Source: Planctomycetota bacterium (GTDB lineage Bacteria; Planctomycetota; Phycisphaerae; Phycisphaerales; SM1A02). From it: DNA of 64,000 nt. The translations under genes were made by a program, and so were the position numbers. How positions within the stretch are numbered: position 1 is the stretch's first letter; every line of letters starts with the position of its first letter. Below the pieces are notes generated by a model. That model was not told the DNA's origin and ran no database searches. It saw only the letters and a program-made list of their open reading frames with translations. Location of the stretch: the NCBI GenBank assembly GCA_022566535.1, contig JADFIR010000001.1, positions 176,195-240,194 of the forward strand, in the 5' to 3' direction. Shown here one piece after another: positions 36,487-46,720 of the stretch.

Positions 36487-37641
36487 GTGTTCGCAGGGCG
36501 CTTTTCGTCGGCAATAGGATCGGTGGGGATCGACCTCGGTACCCGCGGGATCAAGCTGCTTCAGGTTCGCGAACACGGCGGCGAACTGAAAGTGGTCGGG
36601 GCGGGAAGAGTCGATGCCAAAGCGGGCGATTCCTGGGTTGAAGACCGCAAGGCACTGACTGATCAACTGCGGGCCGCGTTTGCCTCCGGCGGATTCACCG
36701 GCCGGCGGTGCGTGCTCAGTCTCCCTCGCGGCGAGGTCCGCATGCAGTTGGTTCGACTGCCGAAGATGCCTGATAATGAGCTGCGCCAAGCAGTCGTCTG
36801 GGAAGCCTCGCAGCGCTTCGGATTCGATCGCGAGGCGATGGAGGTGGATGCCATCCGAACCGGGGCGTCGCTGCAAGACGGCGAGCGCCGCGACGAGATT
36901 CTTCTGATCGCTGTCTCACATGATGTGATCAACGCCTGGGTCGAGCCGGTGATGGCCGCCGGTCTGCGCCCGATGGCTATCGAGACGCACTTCACGGCAT
37001 TGGCGCGGGCGTTCAGCCGACAGTCCCGCCGTGAATCCGACCGTTCGGTAACCCGCGTCGTATTGGATGTCGGCGCCTCGGGTTCTACCGTGATGATTCT
37101 TCGCGGCGATCAGATCGCTTTCTGCAAATCGATCTCGGTCGGGGGTGAGCAATTCGACCAGGCGGTGGCTGAACATCTTCAGATGGACGTGGCAGCGGCA
37201 AGGGAGTTGCGGGCGGCCCGCATCGCCGCCGCCACCGATCAGCCCAATGCTCGGCCGATCACCGAACCCTCCATTGACCGGGCGGTGTATGACGCGGTCC
37301 GACCGCTGTTGGGTAGTTTCGCGAAAGAGGTGATGCTCTGTATTGGCTACTACGGGGTCATGTTCCGGGGCTATCCCCCCCAACGGCTGATTCTCACCGG
37401 GGGCGATGGGTTGGAGCCGCGACTTGACGAAACGCTCTTGCAGCAGTGCAGGATTCCGGTGGTGCTCGATGAGGACGGCTCGACCGTCAGTTGTTTGATG
37501 GAACAGATACAGGCCATCCTGCACCGTGCCCCCGGACCGCCGGCGTGGTGGGCTGTGGCGGCCGGCCTCAGCTTGCGAGGAATCTCGGTGGGCAGATTGA
37601 AGAGGCTGCAGGCGGCCGCCTGCGGCACGGAGGCGGCATGA
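36487..37641 (+). CDS. pilM: PilM-like actin-fold pilus assembly protein
   Basis: SVGIDLGTRGIKLLQV N-terminal phosphate-1 motif, about 380 aa, followed by PilN/O-like genes. Confidence 0.8.
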   Translation: MFAGRFSSAIGSVGIDLGTRGIKLLQVREHGGELKVVGAGRVDAKAGDSWVEDRKALTDQLRAAFASGGFTGRRCVLSLPRGEVRMQLVRLPKMPDNELRQAVVWEASQRFGFDREAMEVDAIRTGASLQDGERRDEILLIAVSHDVINAWVEPVMAAGLRPMAIETHFTALARAFSRQSRRESDRSVTRVVLDVGASGSTVMILRGDQIAFCKSISVGGEQFDQAVAEHLQMDVAAARELRAARIAAATDQPNARPITEPSIDRAVYDAVRPLLGSFAKEVMLCIGYYGVMFRGYPPQRLILTGGDGLEPRLDETLLQQCRIPVVLDEDGSTVSCLMEQIQAILHRAPGPPAWWAVAAGLSLRGISVGRLKRLQAAACGTEAA

Positions 37642-38324
37642 AACAACGCAACATTGATCTCGTGCCCGATTCGATCCGTGTTCGCAGTCAGGCCGGCGTG
37701 GTGGCTGGGCGATATGTCGCTGCCCTCCTGATCGCGATCGCCCTGATGGTGGTGACGGTTACCCATTCCCGTTTGGTACTCGATCGGGCTCACAAGCGAT
37801 TGCGGGTGGCGGAGGAACAGGCAGACCTGGTTCTGTCGGCGGAAGCCAAGGCTGATCAGTTGCGAAGCAGGCTCGACGACACCCACGACCAGATCCGCCG
37901 CTACAGGCTTATCGCAATGCCGCTGGAGGTCAGTCGTGTCATCGCCACCGTCACGAATGAGTTGCCGACCAGTGCAACGTTGGATCGAATCGACCTCTTT
38001 GCCGGCAGCCGTCGGACGAATCGCTCGGCTCGGAGCAGAGGCATCAGCGCTGAGGATGGGCCGGCTCCGCGCATTCTTAGTGGGGAGCTGAGTGGATTTG
38101 CGGCGACGGACCAGGAAGTTGCGGAAATCGTGGCCAGGCTTGAGGCGTTGGGACTTTTCAAGCAGGTCGGCCTCAATTTCAGTCGCACCCGCCCGATGCG
38201 AGGGCGCGGCGCGCGAGAGTTTCGAATCAGCTTCCGCATCGATATGGACGTTGAATACGACGTCGTCGATCGTGCCCGCCCCGAGCTCCAGGCCAGTCAA
38301 GAGGGAGCGCACGATGTCCAGTAG
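37638..38324 (+). CDS. PilN-like bitopic assembly protein
   Basis: MKQRNIDLVPDSIR followed by the TM helix YVAALLIAIALMVVTV. ATGA overlap with pilM. Confidence 0.65.
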   Translation: MKQRNIDLVPDSIRVRSQAGVVAGRYVAALLIAIALMVVTVTHSRLVLDRAHKRLRVAEEQADLVLSAEAKADQLRSRLDDTHDQIRRYRLIAMPLEVSRVIATVTNELPTSATLDRIDLFAGSRRTNRSARSRGISAEDGPAPRILSGELSGFAATDQEVAEIVARLEALGLFKQVGLNFSRTRPMRGRGAREFRISFRIDMDVEYDVVDRARPELQASQEGAHDVQ

Positions 38325-38886
38325 CAAACATCTTCGGATCGCGATCCTCGCCGTGGTCATTGTCGTGACCGTGGGGGGACTGTTGCTTGTCTGGCCGTCC
38401 TACCGCGAGGCGAAGGCGCTCAACCATCAAGCCGCCGTACTTCGCAACAAAGGCGAAGCCTACAACATCCAAGTCGAAGTGATCGATCGGCTTACTGCCG
38501 ATCTGGATGAAATGACCCGCCGGGTGGCGACGGAACACAAGGTCATTCCCGAGTCCTCAGACATTGCCGGGCTGATGCGAGTGCTGTCGATGCCGGTGGA
38601 CGGGGTGACTATCCGCGACCAAACGTTCACAACCGGCCAGCCCAAAGAAGCCGTGGTCGGCGGCGATCTTACTGCGATGGCCACGCCTCTGACGATCGAC
38701 ATGGTTGCGCGGTTCGACTCAATTTTCGCGCTGATCCAGGCGGCGGAATCGTTGGACCGCCTACTGCGTGTCGAGTCATTGAACATGGTCTGCGAGCATC
38801 CTGAGGGAGAGGATGAATTGTTCATAAGTGCCTCGGTGAGTCTGGATGTGATCTATGACCCGCCGGGGGCGAGGGAGGATGGTTGA
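38314..38886 (+). CDS. PilO-like bitopic assembly protein
   Basis: N-terminal TM helix IAILAVVIVVTVGGLLLV, a coiled coil, then an alpha/beta C-terminal part. 11-nt overlap with the previous gene. Confidence 0.6.
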   Translation: MSSSKHLRIAILAVVIVVTVGGLLLVWPSYREAKALNHQAAVLRNKGEAYNIQVEVIDRLTADLDEMTRRVATEHKVIPESSDIAGLMRVLSMPVDGVTIRDQTFTTGQPKEAVVGGDLTAMATPLTIDMVARFDSIFALIQAAESLDRLLRVESLNMVCEHPEGEDELFISASVSLDVIYDPPGAREDG

Positions 38887-39505
38887 GATGGTCTTGGTGC
38901 TCAGGCGACTGTGGATTCAGATCACCTCCGACCGCAAGCGGTTCGGCATCTTGTGCGCGATGTTGGCGGTGGGGCTGCTGTTGTGGGCGAGAATAATCGT
39001 GACTTCCAATTTGCCGCGCACGGCCGTGGCCAATGATCCCAAGCCGCCGGCCAGGGGAGGTTTACAGCCTCGCGGAGGTGTCTGGGGAACATCCGATAAG
39101 CACCAGGGGCCTCCTGTGCGGGTCGAGATGTCGCGCTTGCCGTTACGAGATCCATTCTTGATCAGCGCCCAACACTTTCCCAAACCAACCCCGGTTGACA
39201 TGTTGGCCCAAGATCAGGCGAAGTTACGACGAGATACGACCGAAAACCCAGAACAAGCGGAAGCCCGGTTGATCGACCAACTCCGGGCTTTGATTGAACG
39301 CTTCGAGTTGGAAGCGGTGATGCAGGGTCGCCCGATGGCCGTGATCAACGGAAGAACCTATCGGTTGCTCGATTGGATTCCCGCGATCGAAAACAGCAAG
39401 ATCCGCTTCCAGCTGGTTGAAGTCGGACATCGATCAGTAGTCCTCGAATTCGAGGGTCGCCGGTTCGAGTTGGAGATGGAGCATCCAGGCAGTGCCCAGC
39501 GCTAG
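38879..39505 (+). CDS. PilP/GspC-like protein (HR-domain-like C-terminus)
   Basis: TM helix FGILCAMLAVGLLLWARIIV. The C-terminal AVINGRTYRLLDWI...FQLVEVGHRSVVLEFEGRRFELEM resembles secretin-binding beta domains. Confidence 0.5.
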   Translation: MVEMVLVLRRLWIQITSDRKRFGILCAMLAVGLLLWARIIVTSNLPRTAVANDPKPPARGGLQPRGGVWGTSDKHQGPPVRVEMSRLPLRDPFLISAQHFPKPTPVDMLAQDQAKLRRDTTENPEQAEARLIDQLRALIERFELEAVMQGRPMAVINGRTYRLLDWIPAIENSKIRFQLVEVGHRSVVLEFEGRRFELEMEHPGSAQR

Positions 39506-39538
39506 CAGCGCCCGGGTCAGGCAGGAGTAAACCCGATT

Positions 39539-41653
39539 ATGAATCCGAAGATCAGATGTACTGGAAGGCGTTTTCTTGGGAGCACAGGGGCCGTTTGTGC
39601 GTGTTGGGTGGTGCTGGCAGCGCCGGCGCTGGGGCAAGACTGGGCGGATCAGGCGAACACCGATGTCAACGTGACCGACTACGGCACGGTGGATCTGGCC
39701 GTTCAGGAGACCGACCTGTCACAAGTCCTTCAAATGCTCTCCATCCAGAGCAAGAAGAACATCATCACCTCCAAGAGCGTGTCCGCCACCGTCACCGCCA
39801 ACCTCTACGACGTCACGTTCCACGAGGCGCTCGACGCCATTCTGCGCGTCAACGGCTACGGCTACCTCGAAGAGGGCAACTTCGTCTACATTTACACATT
39901 GGCGGAGCTTGCGGAAATGGAGGCTTCGAGCCGTGTCACTGAAAGCCGCATCTTTGAGCTCGACTACCTTTCCGCCGTTGACGCCAACGAGTTCATCACA
40001 CCGCTGCTCAGCGACGTCGGCCAAAGCTCCCACCGCGGGGAGGTGCAGCCGGGGTTCCAGCCCGACATAAGCGATGGGGGAGCGGACTCGTACGCGTACA
40101 GCGCCAAGCTGGTGATCAATGATTTTCCCGAGAACCTTCGGGCCATCGCGGACCTGCTCGACGATCTTGACACCCCGCCGCAACAGGTGCTCATCGAGGC
40201 CACCGTCCTTCAGACTGCTTTGGACGAGACCAACGCCTTCGGCGTGGACTTCTCTGTGATCGCCGATCTGGATTTCATCGATCTGCACAGCCCGCTTGGG
40301 GTGGTCAACAATCTCCTGTCCGGCGACGACGTGAAGAAAGGATTTCAACCGACCGATAACGAGTCGTTTGGGGGGGCATCGACCGTCGGGAACACGGCAG
40401 GTGCGGGCGGCTTGAAGCTCGGCCTTATCACCAACAACGTCAGCGCCTTCTTGCGAGTTCTCGACGAGGTGACCGACACCACGGTACTGGCCAGACCCAA
40501 GATCATGGCGCTGAACCGCCAACGGGCCGCAGTGCTCGTGGGTGCTCGGGTCGGATACCTCTCGACCACCGCGACCCAGACCACCACGACGCAGACCGTC
40601 AAGTTCCTTGACACGGGTATCTCGCTGATCTTCCGCCCGTTCATTTCCAAGGATGGAACGATCCGTATGGAGCTGTCCCCCAAGGTGTCTGAGGCCAGCC
40701 TGCGCGCCGTCACCGACTCCCAGGGACTGCAGGTGACGATTCCCGACGAGCTGACCAACGAGCTGACGACCAACGTTCGCATCCGGGATGGGCAGACGTT
40801 GGTGCTGGGCGGCCTGTTCAGAGAATCCACACGGGTCAGCCGCAGGCAGATTCCGTGGCTCGGCGATATTCCGATCATCGGCGCTGCCTTCCGTGGGCAG
40901 GACGATACGGTCGATCGCGATGAGATCATTTTCCTCATCACCCCTTCCATCGTGCCTGACGATGTCTTATGGGCGACCGGTCAAGAGACGCTGGCCTACT
41001 CCAACGCGATCGCGGTCGGCGCGCGGGCAGGTCTGCTTCCATTCAGCCGCGAAGGCATCACCAACAACCACAATCTTGACGCCATGGACGCGTATGAGCG
41101 CGGCGATCTCGATATGGCCCTGTACCACGTCAACATCTCGCTACGGTTGAGGCCTGTGCAGCCGGCGATGCTCAGGCTCCGCCAGGAGATCACGGGTGAG
41201 AAGGAGAGGGTTCACGAGCGCAGCATGATGGAGCGAGCGTTCCGCAAGGTACTGGGGCGTGGGCCCTCGCAAGAAGCCGCCTCCGGCCAGACGCCGCCTG
41301 GGCCGAGGTCGATGCCGATGCGCTCCTTTACGTTGCAAGAGCTCATGGTGGATGAGCCGGGGCATTGGTCCGACATGCACGAGCCCGGCACGGGCGATTC
41401 GAGCACAGGCACCGAATCGGTGTCGCAGGAATCGTCCGGCGAGTGGTTCGAATGGCATGGAGACGGGGATGCCGATGACGCCGAGGAGGCAGGTTCCGGA
41501 ATCGATTCCGCCGGTGCGACGCCGCAGACGAGCGGGGGGCAGCCGAGTCACGAGGAGCAGGGCGAGGCCGAAGGCCCCCACTCAAACGCCGCGACGATTC
41601 CCGACGACGAATGGCTCGTCGCACAGCGGCTGCGGCGCATGTTTTCCAGGTAG
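39539..41653 (+). CDS. secretin (GspD/PilQ family) with long acidic C-terminal tail
   Basis: QTLVLGGLFRESTRVSRRQIPWLGDIPIIGAAFRG secretin core signature. N-domains with VTANLYDVTFHEALDAIL. Confidence 0.9.
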   Translation: MNPKIRCTGRRFLGSTGAVCACWVVLAAPALGQDWADQANTDVNVTDYGTVDLAVQETDLSQVLQMLSIQSKKNIITSKSVSATVTANLYDVTFHEALDAILRVNGYGYLEEGNFVYIYTLAELAEMEASSRVTESRIFELDYLSAVDANEFITPLLSDVGQSSHRGEVQPGFQPDISDGGADSYAYSAKLVINDFPENLRAIADLLDDLDTPPQQVLIEATVLQTALDETNAFGVDFSVIADLDFIDLHSPLGVVNNLLSGDDVKKGFQPTDNESFGGASTVGNTAGAGGLKLGLITNNVSAFLRVLDEVTDTTVLARPKIMALNRQRAAVLVGARVGYLSTTATQTTTTQTVKFLDTGISLIFRPFISKDGTIRMELSPKVSEASLRAVTDSQGLQVTIPDELTNELTTNVRIRDGQTLVLGGLFRESTRVSRRQIPWLGDIPIIGAAFRGQDDTVDRDEIIFLITPSIVPDDVLWATGQETLAYSNAIAVGARAGLLPFSREGITNNHNLDAMDAYERGDLDMALYHVNISLRLRPVQPAMLRLRQEITGEKERVHERSMMERAFRKVLGRGPSQEAASGQTPPGPRSMPMRSFTLQELMVDEPGHWSDMHEPGTGDSSTGTESVSQESSGEWFEWHGDGDADDAEEAGSGIDSAGATPQTSGGQPSHEEQGEAEGPHSNAATIPDDEWLVAQRLRRMFSR

Positions 41654-41873
41654 GGGTTCTGGCAGGCGGCTGACAACCCCCCTCCCATGCCGATGACCCG
41701 GGTTGGGGGCACTCGTTTCCCTTTGTCACGTTCGATGACCTCGTGGAGGTTGCCAGCGTGACCGACGATGCAGACTTCATGAAGTAAAGGCACAGTGATC
41801 GGAGCGGGGAGCGATGGGGGGAGCAGGTGTTATGCATGGTCAACCTCTGTTGCGCAGATCGGAGACGCGATAC

Positions 41874-43115
41874 ATGTCAACCCGACCGATCATCATCGTC
41901 ATCGTCCTGTTGCTCGCCATCGGCTCGTCGCTCACCGGCTGCGGTCTGAGCCCAAAGGGGATCGACGCGAGACTGAAGGCACGGGAGCGCGTGAACTTCG
42001 TCAACGCCCAGTTCACCTATGACCAGGCGATGCAGGCGTTCGAGGTCGGCCGGTTCGACCGTGCTCTTCGCGGAATCAACGCGGCCATTGAGCTTGTTCC
42101 CGAGTCGGCGGACTTTTACATCCTTCAAGGGCGAATCCATCTCGAGACGCACCGCCTCGAGAAAGCGATCGATTCCTTCACATCCGCCCTCGAGCATCAG
42201 AGCGACTTCGCTGACGCTTATTACTTCGCCGGGATCGTATACCAACGCTGGTCCGACGATGGCAGGGCATACGAACACTACATGGCTGCCTACGAGCTGG
42301 AGCCGAGCTCGATCGGGTATCTTCTCGCCGCGGCTGAGTCGATGATTGCGCTGGAGCAGCTCGATCAGGCGAAGCAGCTGATCCTGTCGAAGCTGGCCTA
42401 TTTCGAGCACAACGCATCGCTACGACATCTGCTTGGGCAGATCGCCCTGCTCCAGGGTGATGCAGCCACGGCAGCGAAGCTTCTCGCCGAGGCCTGGCGT
42501 CGCAATCCCGATGACCAGATGCTGCTGGAGGAGCTGGCGCACGCCCAATCCGCAGCAGGCATGCACGCGAAATGTTACAAGTCGGTGAAGCAGCTACAGC
42601 AGATGTCCCGCGAGAAGCGGCCGGATTTGATTCATCTCGAGGCCCGGTGTCTTTTCTCCATGGAGCGGCTGATCGAGGCTCGCAACGTCTACCTGGTGCT
42701 GACAAGACTCACCCCAGCTGATCCGGAGGTGTGGATCGAGCTGGGGACGTTGGCGTGGGAGCTGGGCGACTTCCATCGTCTGGCCCAATGCGGGGCCCGT
42801 GTCACCGCGCTGGCTCCGCAGCGCTACGAGGGGTATATGCTCAAGGGGATCAATGAACGCCACCGCGGTGATTTCCGCAAGGCGAGCCGGCTGTTGCGTC
42901 AGGCGACGGATCGTGCTGGTGAAACCGCGCTTCCGTATCTGGTGCTCGGTCGAACGCTCGAAGAGACCGGTGACCGGGAAGGCGCTCTGGACGCGTATAC
43001 GGAGGGGATTCGAGTCGAGCCTGACAACGCCGATGCTCGGGTGCTGCTCGCGCGGCTGAGTCGCAATGAACAGATCGTGCCAGTCCAGCCTCAGGAGCAG
43101 ATCCGCACCGAGTGA
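41874..43115 (+). CDS. TPR-repeat lipoprotein (PilF/PilW-type pilotin candidate)
   Basis: MSTRPIIIVIVLLLAIGSSLTGC lipobox. Multiple TPR units (e.g. ADAYYFAGIVYQRWSDDGRAYEHYMAAYELEP). Confidence 0.7.
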   Translation: MSTRPIIIVIVLLLAIGSSLTGCGLSPKGIDARLKARERVNFVNAQFTYDQAMQAFEVGRFDRALRGINAAIELVPESADFYILQGRIHLETHRLEKAIDSFTSALEHQSDFADAYYFAGIVYQRWSDDGRAYEHYMAAYELEPSSIGYLLAAAESMIALEQLDQAKQLILSKLAYFEHNASLRHLLGQIALLQGDAATAAKLLAEAWRRNPDDQMLLEELAHAQSAAGMHAKCYKSVKQLQQMSREKRPDLIHLEARCLFSMERLIEARNVYLVLTRLTPADPEVWIELGTLAWELGDFHRLAQCGARVTALAPQRYEGYMLKGINERHRGDFRKASRLLRQATDRAGETALPYLVLGRTLEETGDREGALDAYTEGIRVEPDNADARVLLARLSRNEQIVPVQPQEQIRTE

Positions 43116-43157
43116 GCGTGGCAGGAGGGCACGCGACGCCGATGCGAGGGAGGGACA

Positions 43158-44642
43158 GTGAGGGCGGGAAAGATTGCAAGCCTATGCCTCGTCTTGATCG
43201 TTTCGGCCGTGGGAACGGCGTTGTCATTTAGTGCGTCGACCGTTGGGTGGTTGGCCGCGATGCCTCCGATGCTGCGGCTGTGCTTGTTGTTCGGCGTGCT
43301 CGGTCTGGTTTGTGCGGCGCTGCTGTTGCCGGTGGGAGTCGCCCTTGATCGGACGGTGACCAAGCTGCGGAGCTATATCGAGGCGACCGGCGCCGCCGAG
43401 GGCCAAACCGCAACGTTCTACGGTCCCAAGTGGGTGGGCCCGATTAGCGGCGCTCTCATCGGCGCGGTTGAGCAATTCAGGCAACGCGAGCAGACGCTGA
43501 GAAATGAGCTGCGGGAGGTCGAGATCCGCCGACGGGTCTCGGAGGCTGAGCAGCGGCAGGTTGAAGCTGTCCTGCACGCCCTTCGAGACGGGGTGCTGGT
43601 CACGAACGCGTTCAACGATGTTGTCGTTGCCAACGAGGCGGCAGGAAGGATCTTCGGCTTCGACCACACCCAGGCGCTTCACCAGCCCCTCGAGCAGCTC
43701 GTGGACGATGACCGCCTCTGCCAGCTGATCAAGGATACCTCCGAGACCGCCAACTTCGCTAATCGCCGGCACGTCGAGCACGATATCAACGTCGGTTCGA
43801 GTGAAGCCGGTGCAGGCGACAAAGAGAGGAGGTTCTTCGACGTCACGCTGGCGTGCGTGGAGAATCACAAACACGAGGTGGCCGGGGTTGTGACCATTCT
43901 CCACGATGTCACCCGCGAGCGCGAGATCTCGCAAATGAAATCGGATTTCGTCTCCAAGGCCAGTCACGAGCTGCGCACACCGCTTTCTTCGATCCATGCG
44001 TATGTGGAGATGCTCGTGGACGGTGAGGCGGCAGATGACGAGGCCCGCAATGAGTTCTACCGAATCATTCAGAATGAGACGGACCGGCTCGGGCGACTGC
44101 TGGACAACATGCTGAACATCAGTCGCATTGAGGCGGGCATTGTCCAGATCGAACGTGAGAACGTTGACCTCAGATCGTTGATCGATCGAGCGATCGATAC
44201 GCTCGAGCCGCAAGCGAAGGAAAAGGAGATATCGCTACACACCAAGGTGGCTGAGGTGGACCTCAGCGTCGAGGGAGACGCTGACATGTTGTTCCAGGTC
44301 GTGCTGAACCTCATCTCCAATTCCGTGAAATACACGCCCGCCGGCGGGCGGATCACGGTCTCGGCCGACTCCGACAATCTCACCCGCAGCGTTGTCCTTG
44401 CCGTCTCGGATACGGGCCTGGGTATTCCGCCCGACTCCATACCCAAACTGTTCGACAAGTTCTATCGCGTTGAGAACTACAAACGTGTCGCCAAGGGGAG
44501 CGGTCTGGGGTTGAGTCTTTGCAAGCACATCGTCGAAACCCTTCATCACGGACAGATCGGCGTCGAGTCGGAACTGGGTATGGGTTCCAAGTTCTGGGTC
44601 ACGATTCCAATGCGCTATGCCGGATCACAGGCAGCGGCATGA
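43158..44642 (+). CDS. sensor histidine kinase (2 TM, PAS-like, HisKA, HATPase_c)
   Basis: H-box SDFVSKASHELRTPLSSIHAY. N, G1 and G2 boxes incl. GSGLGLSLCKHIVE. Confidence 0.9.
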   Translation: MRAGKIASLCLVLIVSAVGTALSFSASTVGWLAAMPPMLRLCLLFGVLGLVCAALLLPVGVALDRTVTKLRSYIEATGAAEGQTATFYGPKWVGPISGALIGAVEQFRQREQTLRNELREVEIRRRVSEAEQRQVEAVLHALRDGVLVTNAFNDVVVANEAAGRIFGFDHTQALHQPLEQLVDDDRLCQLIKDTSETANFANRRHVEHDINVGSSEAGAGDKERRFFDVTLACVENHKHEVAGVVTILHDVTREREISQMKSDFVSKASHELRTPLSSIHAYVEMLVDGEAADDEARNEFYRIIQNETDRLGRLLDNMLNISRIEAGIVQIERENVDLRSLIDRAIDTLEPQAKEKEISLHTKVAEVDLSVEGDADMLFQVVLNLISNSVKYTPAGGRITVSADSDNLTRSVVLAVSDTGLGIPPDSIPKLFDKFYRVENYKRVAKGSGLGLSLCKHIVETLHHGQIGVESELGMGSKFWVTIPMRYAGSQAAA

Positions 44643-44654
44643 TTCAGGAGAGAG

Positions 44655-45071
44655 TTGATGGCTTCTCGAATCCTTGTGGTTGATGACGAGGCACACATTC
44701 TGCATGTGCTCTCGGTCAAGCTTGGTAACGCGGGACTCGAGGTCAGCACCGCGGTCGATGGCGAAGAGGCCTTTGAGATGGCGTGTCAGGATTTGCCCGA
44801 TCTCATCATCACCGACTTTCAGATGCCGTACATGACCGGGTTGGAATTGTGCCGGGCGTTGGCGGGCAATGCTACCACGGCACACATTCCCGTACTGATC
44901 CTCACCGCCCGCGGCTATGCGCTAGATGACGAGGATCTGAAGATCGGCAGCATCAAAGGGGTCCTGAGCAAGCCGTTCAGCCCGCGATCAGTGCTTCAAC
45001 TCGTTGAGGATTTGCTGGCAACCGAGGCAGGCGGCGATCAGACGAAGCGACTGGGGCCGGAGGCAGCGTGA
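44655..45071 (+). CDS. single-domain response regulator (CheY-like receiver)
   Basis: ILVVDDE, DLIITDFQMPYMTG (phospho-Asp), LTARG, SKPFSP. Confidence 0.9.
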   Translation: MMASRILVVDDEAHILHVLSVKLGNAGLEVSTAVDGEEAFEMACQDLPDLIITDFQMPYMTGLELCRALAGNATTAHIPVLILTARGYALDDEDLKIGSIKGVLSKPFSPRSVLQLVEDLLATEAGGDQTKRLGPEAA

Positions 45072-46720
45072 GCCATAGCGACACCCAACTCGACGCCAAG
45101 CTCGCCCACCAGCTGCGACAGAGACTCCGGCAGGTGGGGCTGCTGCTGCTTGACTGCGACAAGGCAGGCGGGCTGATCTCACGGCCTCAGCCGGGCACGG
45201 ATTGGCTGGCCGATCTGTTCTGCCAGGCCGCCATCTTCACCAGCGCTGTCCGTCAGGCAGCTGCGGCCTGGTCCCAGCAAAGCACGCCGATGCCGGTGGA
45301 GCTCTTCCCTGGATGTTGGCTCTCGCCGATCCCCAGGACCAATCGCCGACGCCGAACGGGCTATGCCCTGGCGGTGATCCTCACTGAGCGCTTTCTGGAC
45401 TGCGAACAGCTCTCGGCGATGTGCCAGGCCGCACGCGCGGACTTCGAGGTCATTCGACGCATGCTGGCCGACCTTCCGCCGGTCGGCCCGTCGGATGTCA
45501 GCAGAACAGCGGCGATGGTCAGCCACGCGCTTGAGGATCACTGGAAACGAATCTCCGACAGCCAGGCGATGGAGAGCGTGGGGCAGCAGCTTGCCGAGTC
45601 GTACGAAGAAATCAACCTTCTCTATACGATCATCCAGAGCATGTCGGTGGTGGATCAGCCGGAGCGGTTTGTGACCATCGCCTGCGAAGAGTTGCTCGCC
45701 ACGCTGCCCTATGCATGGATCGGCGCGCAGCTGGCGGACGATCGGGAGACGCTCAAGAAGCTTGCCGGCCGGCTGATCATCGCGGGCGATTCGGGCCAGC
45801 CGCAATCCCAGCTTCGGGAGTTGACCCGCAGCATCTTGGCCGAGGCGAAGCCTGATGTGCCAATCGTGCTTGAGCCCGCAACCAACCCCCTGCACGCCAA
45901 GTATGTCCAGCTCGGGAAGACCGTTCTGGTCCATCCGGTCAGCCGCGACGGGAAGGTGATTGGCCTGCTCATCGCGGGTGAGAAGCAGGGGCAGGACACG
46001 ACCGCGTCAAACGTGGATTTGAAACTTCTCGGCGCGACTGCATCCCACATGAGCATCTTCCTCGAGAACGCGGCGCTCTACGACGACCTCAACGCGATGT
46101 TCCTCGGCACCCTCGAAGCGCTGACGGCTTCCATCGATGCGAAGGACACATACACTTGCGGTCACTCCCAGCGCGTCGCGCATCTGACGCAACAACTGGC
46201 TGAAGCGATGGGCCTCGATGAGCACACGGTCAGCCGGATGCATATCGCCGGCGTTGTGCATGACGTGGGCAAGATTGGCGTGCCCGAATCGGTGCTCACG
46301 AAGCCCGGACGACTCACCGAGGAGGAGTTCGCCTGGATGCGGCAGCATCCTCAAATCGGTTACCGCATCCTCAAGGATATCCCCCAACTTCGGGAAATCC
46401 TTCCCGGCGTGCTCTACCACCATGAGCGGTGGGACGGCAAGGGCTATCCCGAGGGTCTTTGCGGTGATCGCATCCCAAAGGTCGCCCGCATGATCGCGCT
46501 GGCGGACGCATTTGACGCCATGAGTTCGACCCGCACGTATCGGCCGGCGCTCTCGCGCGCGGCGGTGCTTCAAGAGATTATGGAGTGTGCAGGGACGCAG
46601 TTCGATCCTGAGTTCGCGCCGGTGTTCGTTCGGATCGATTTCAGCGGGTACGACCGCCTGTTCGCCGAGCATCGAGCCGGCGAGCAGAAGGCCTCGCAGG
46701 ACGAGGAGCAGGCCGCATGA
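45068..46720 (+). CDS. GAF-containing HD-GYP domain protein (c-di-GMP phosphodiesterase family)
   Basis: HSQRVAHL, VVHDVGKIGVPESVL, HHERWDGKGYPEGL. GTGA overlap with the receiver gene. Confidence 0.9.
   Translation: MSHSDTQLDAKLAHQLRQRLRQVGLLLLDCDKAGGLISRPQPGTDWLADLFCQAAIFTSAVRQAAAAWSQQSTPMPVELFPGCWLSPIPRTNRRRRTGYALAVILTERFLDCEQLSAMCQAARADFEVIRRMLADLPPVGPSDVSRTAAMVSHALEDHWKRISDSQAMESVGQQLAESYEEINLLYTIIQSMSVVDQPERFVTIACEELLATLPYAWIGAQLADDRETLKKLAGRLIIAGDSGQPQSQLRELTRSILAEAKPDVPIVLEPATNPLHAKYVQLGKTVLVHPVSRDGKVIGLLIAGEKQGQDTTASNVDLKLLGATASHMSIFLENAALYDDLNAMFLGTLEALTASIDAKDTYTCGHSQRVAHLTQQLAEAMGLDEHTVSRMHIAGVVHDVGKIGVPESVLTKPGRLTEEEFAWMRQHPQIGYRILKDIPQLREILPGVLYHHERWDGKGYPEGLCGDRIPKVARMIALADAFDAMSSTRTYRPALSRAAVLQEIMECAGTQFDPEFAPVFVRIDFSGYDRLFAEHRAGEQKASQDEEQAA

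Noticed and set aside
37371-38360. 329-aa minus-strand ORF across pilM/pilN
   Set aside because: It is antisense to a tightly coupled + strand operon. Same reasoning applies to 43224-44213, 47708-48832 and 45179-45934.
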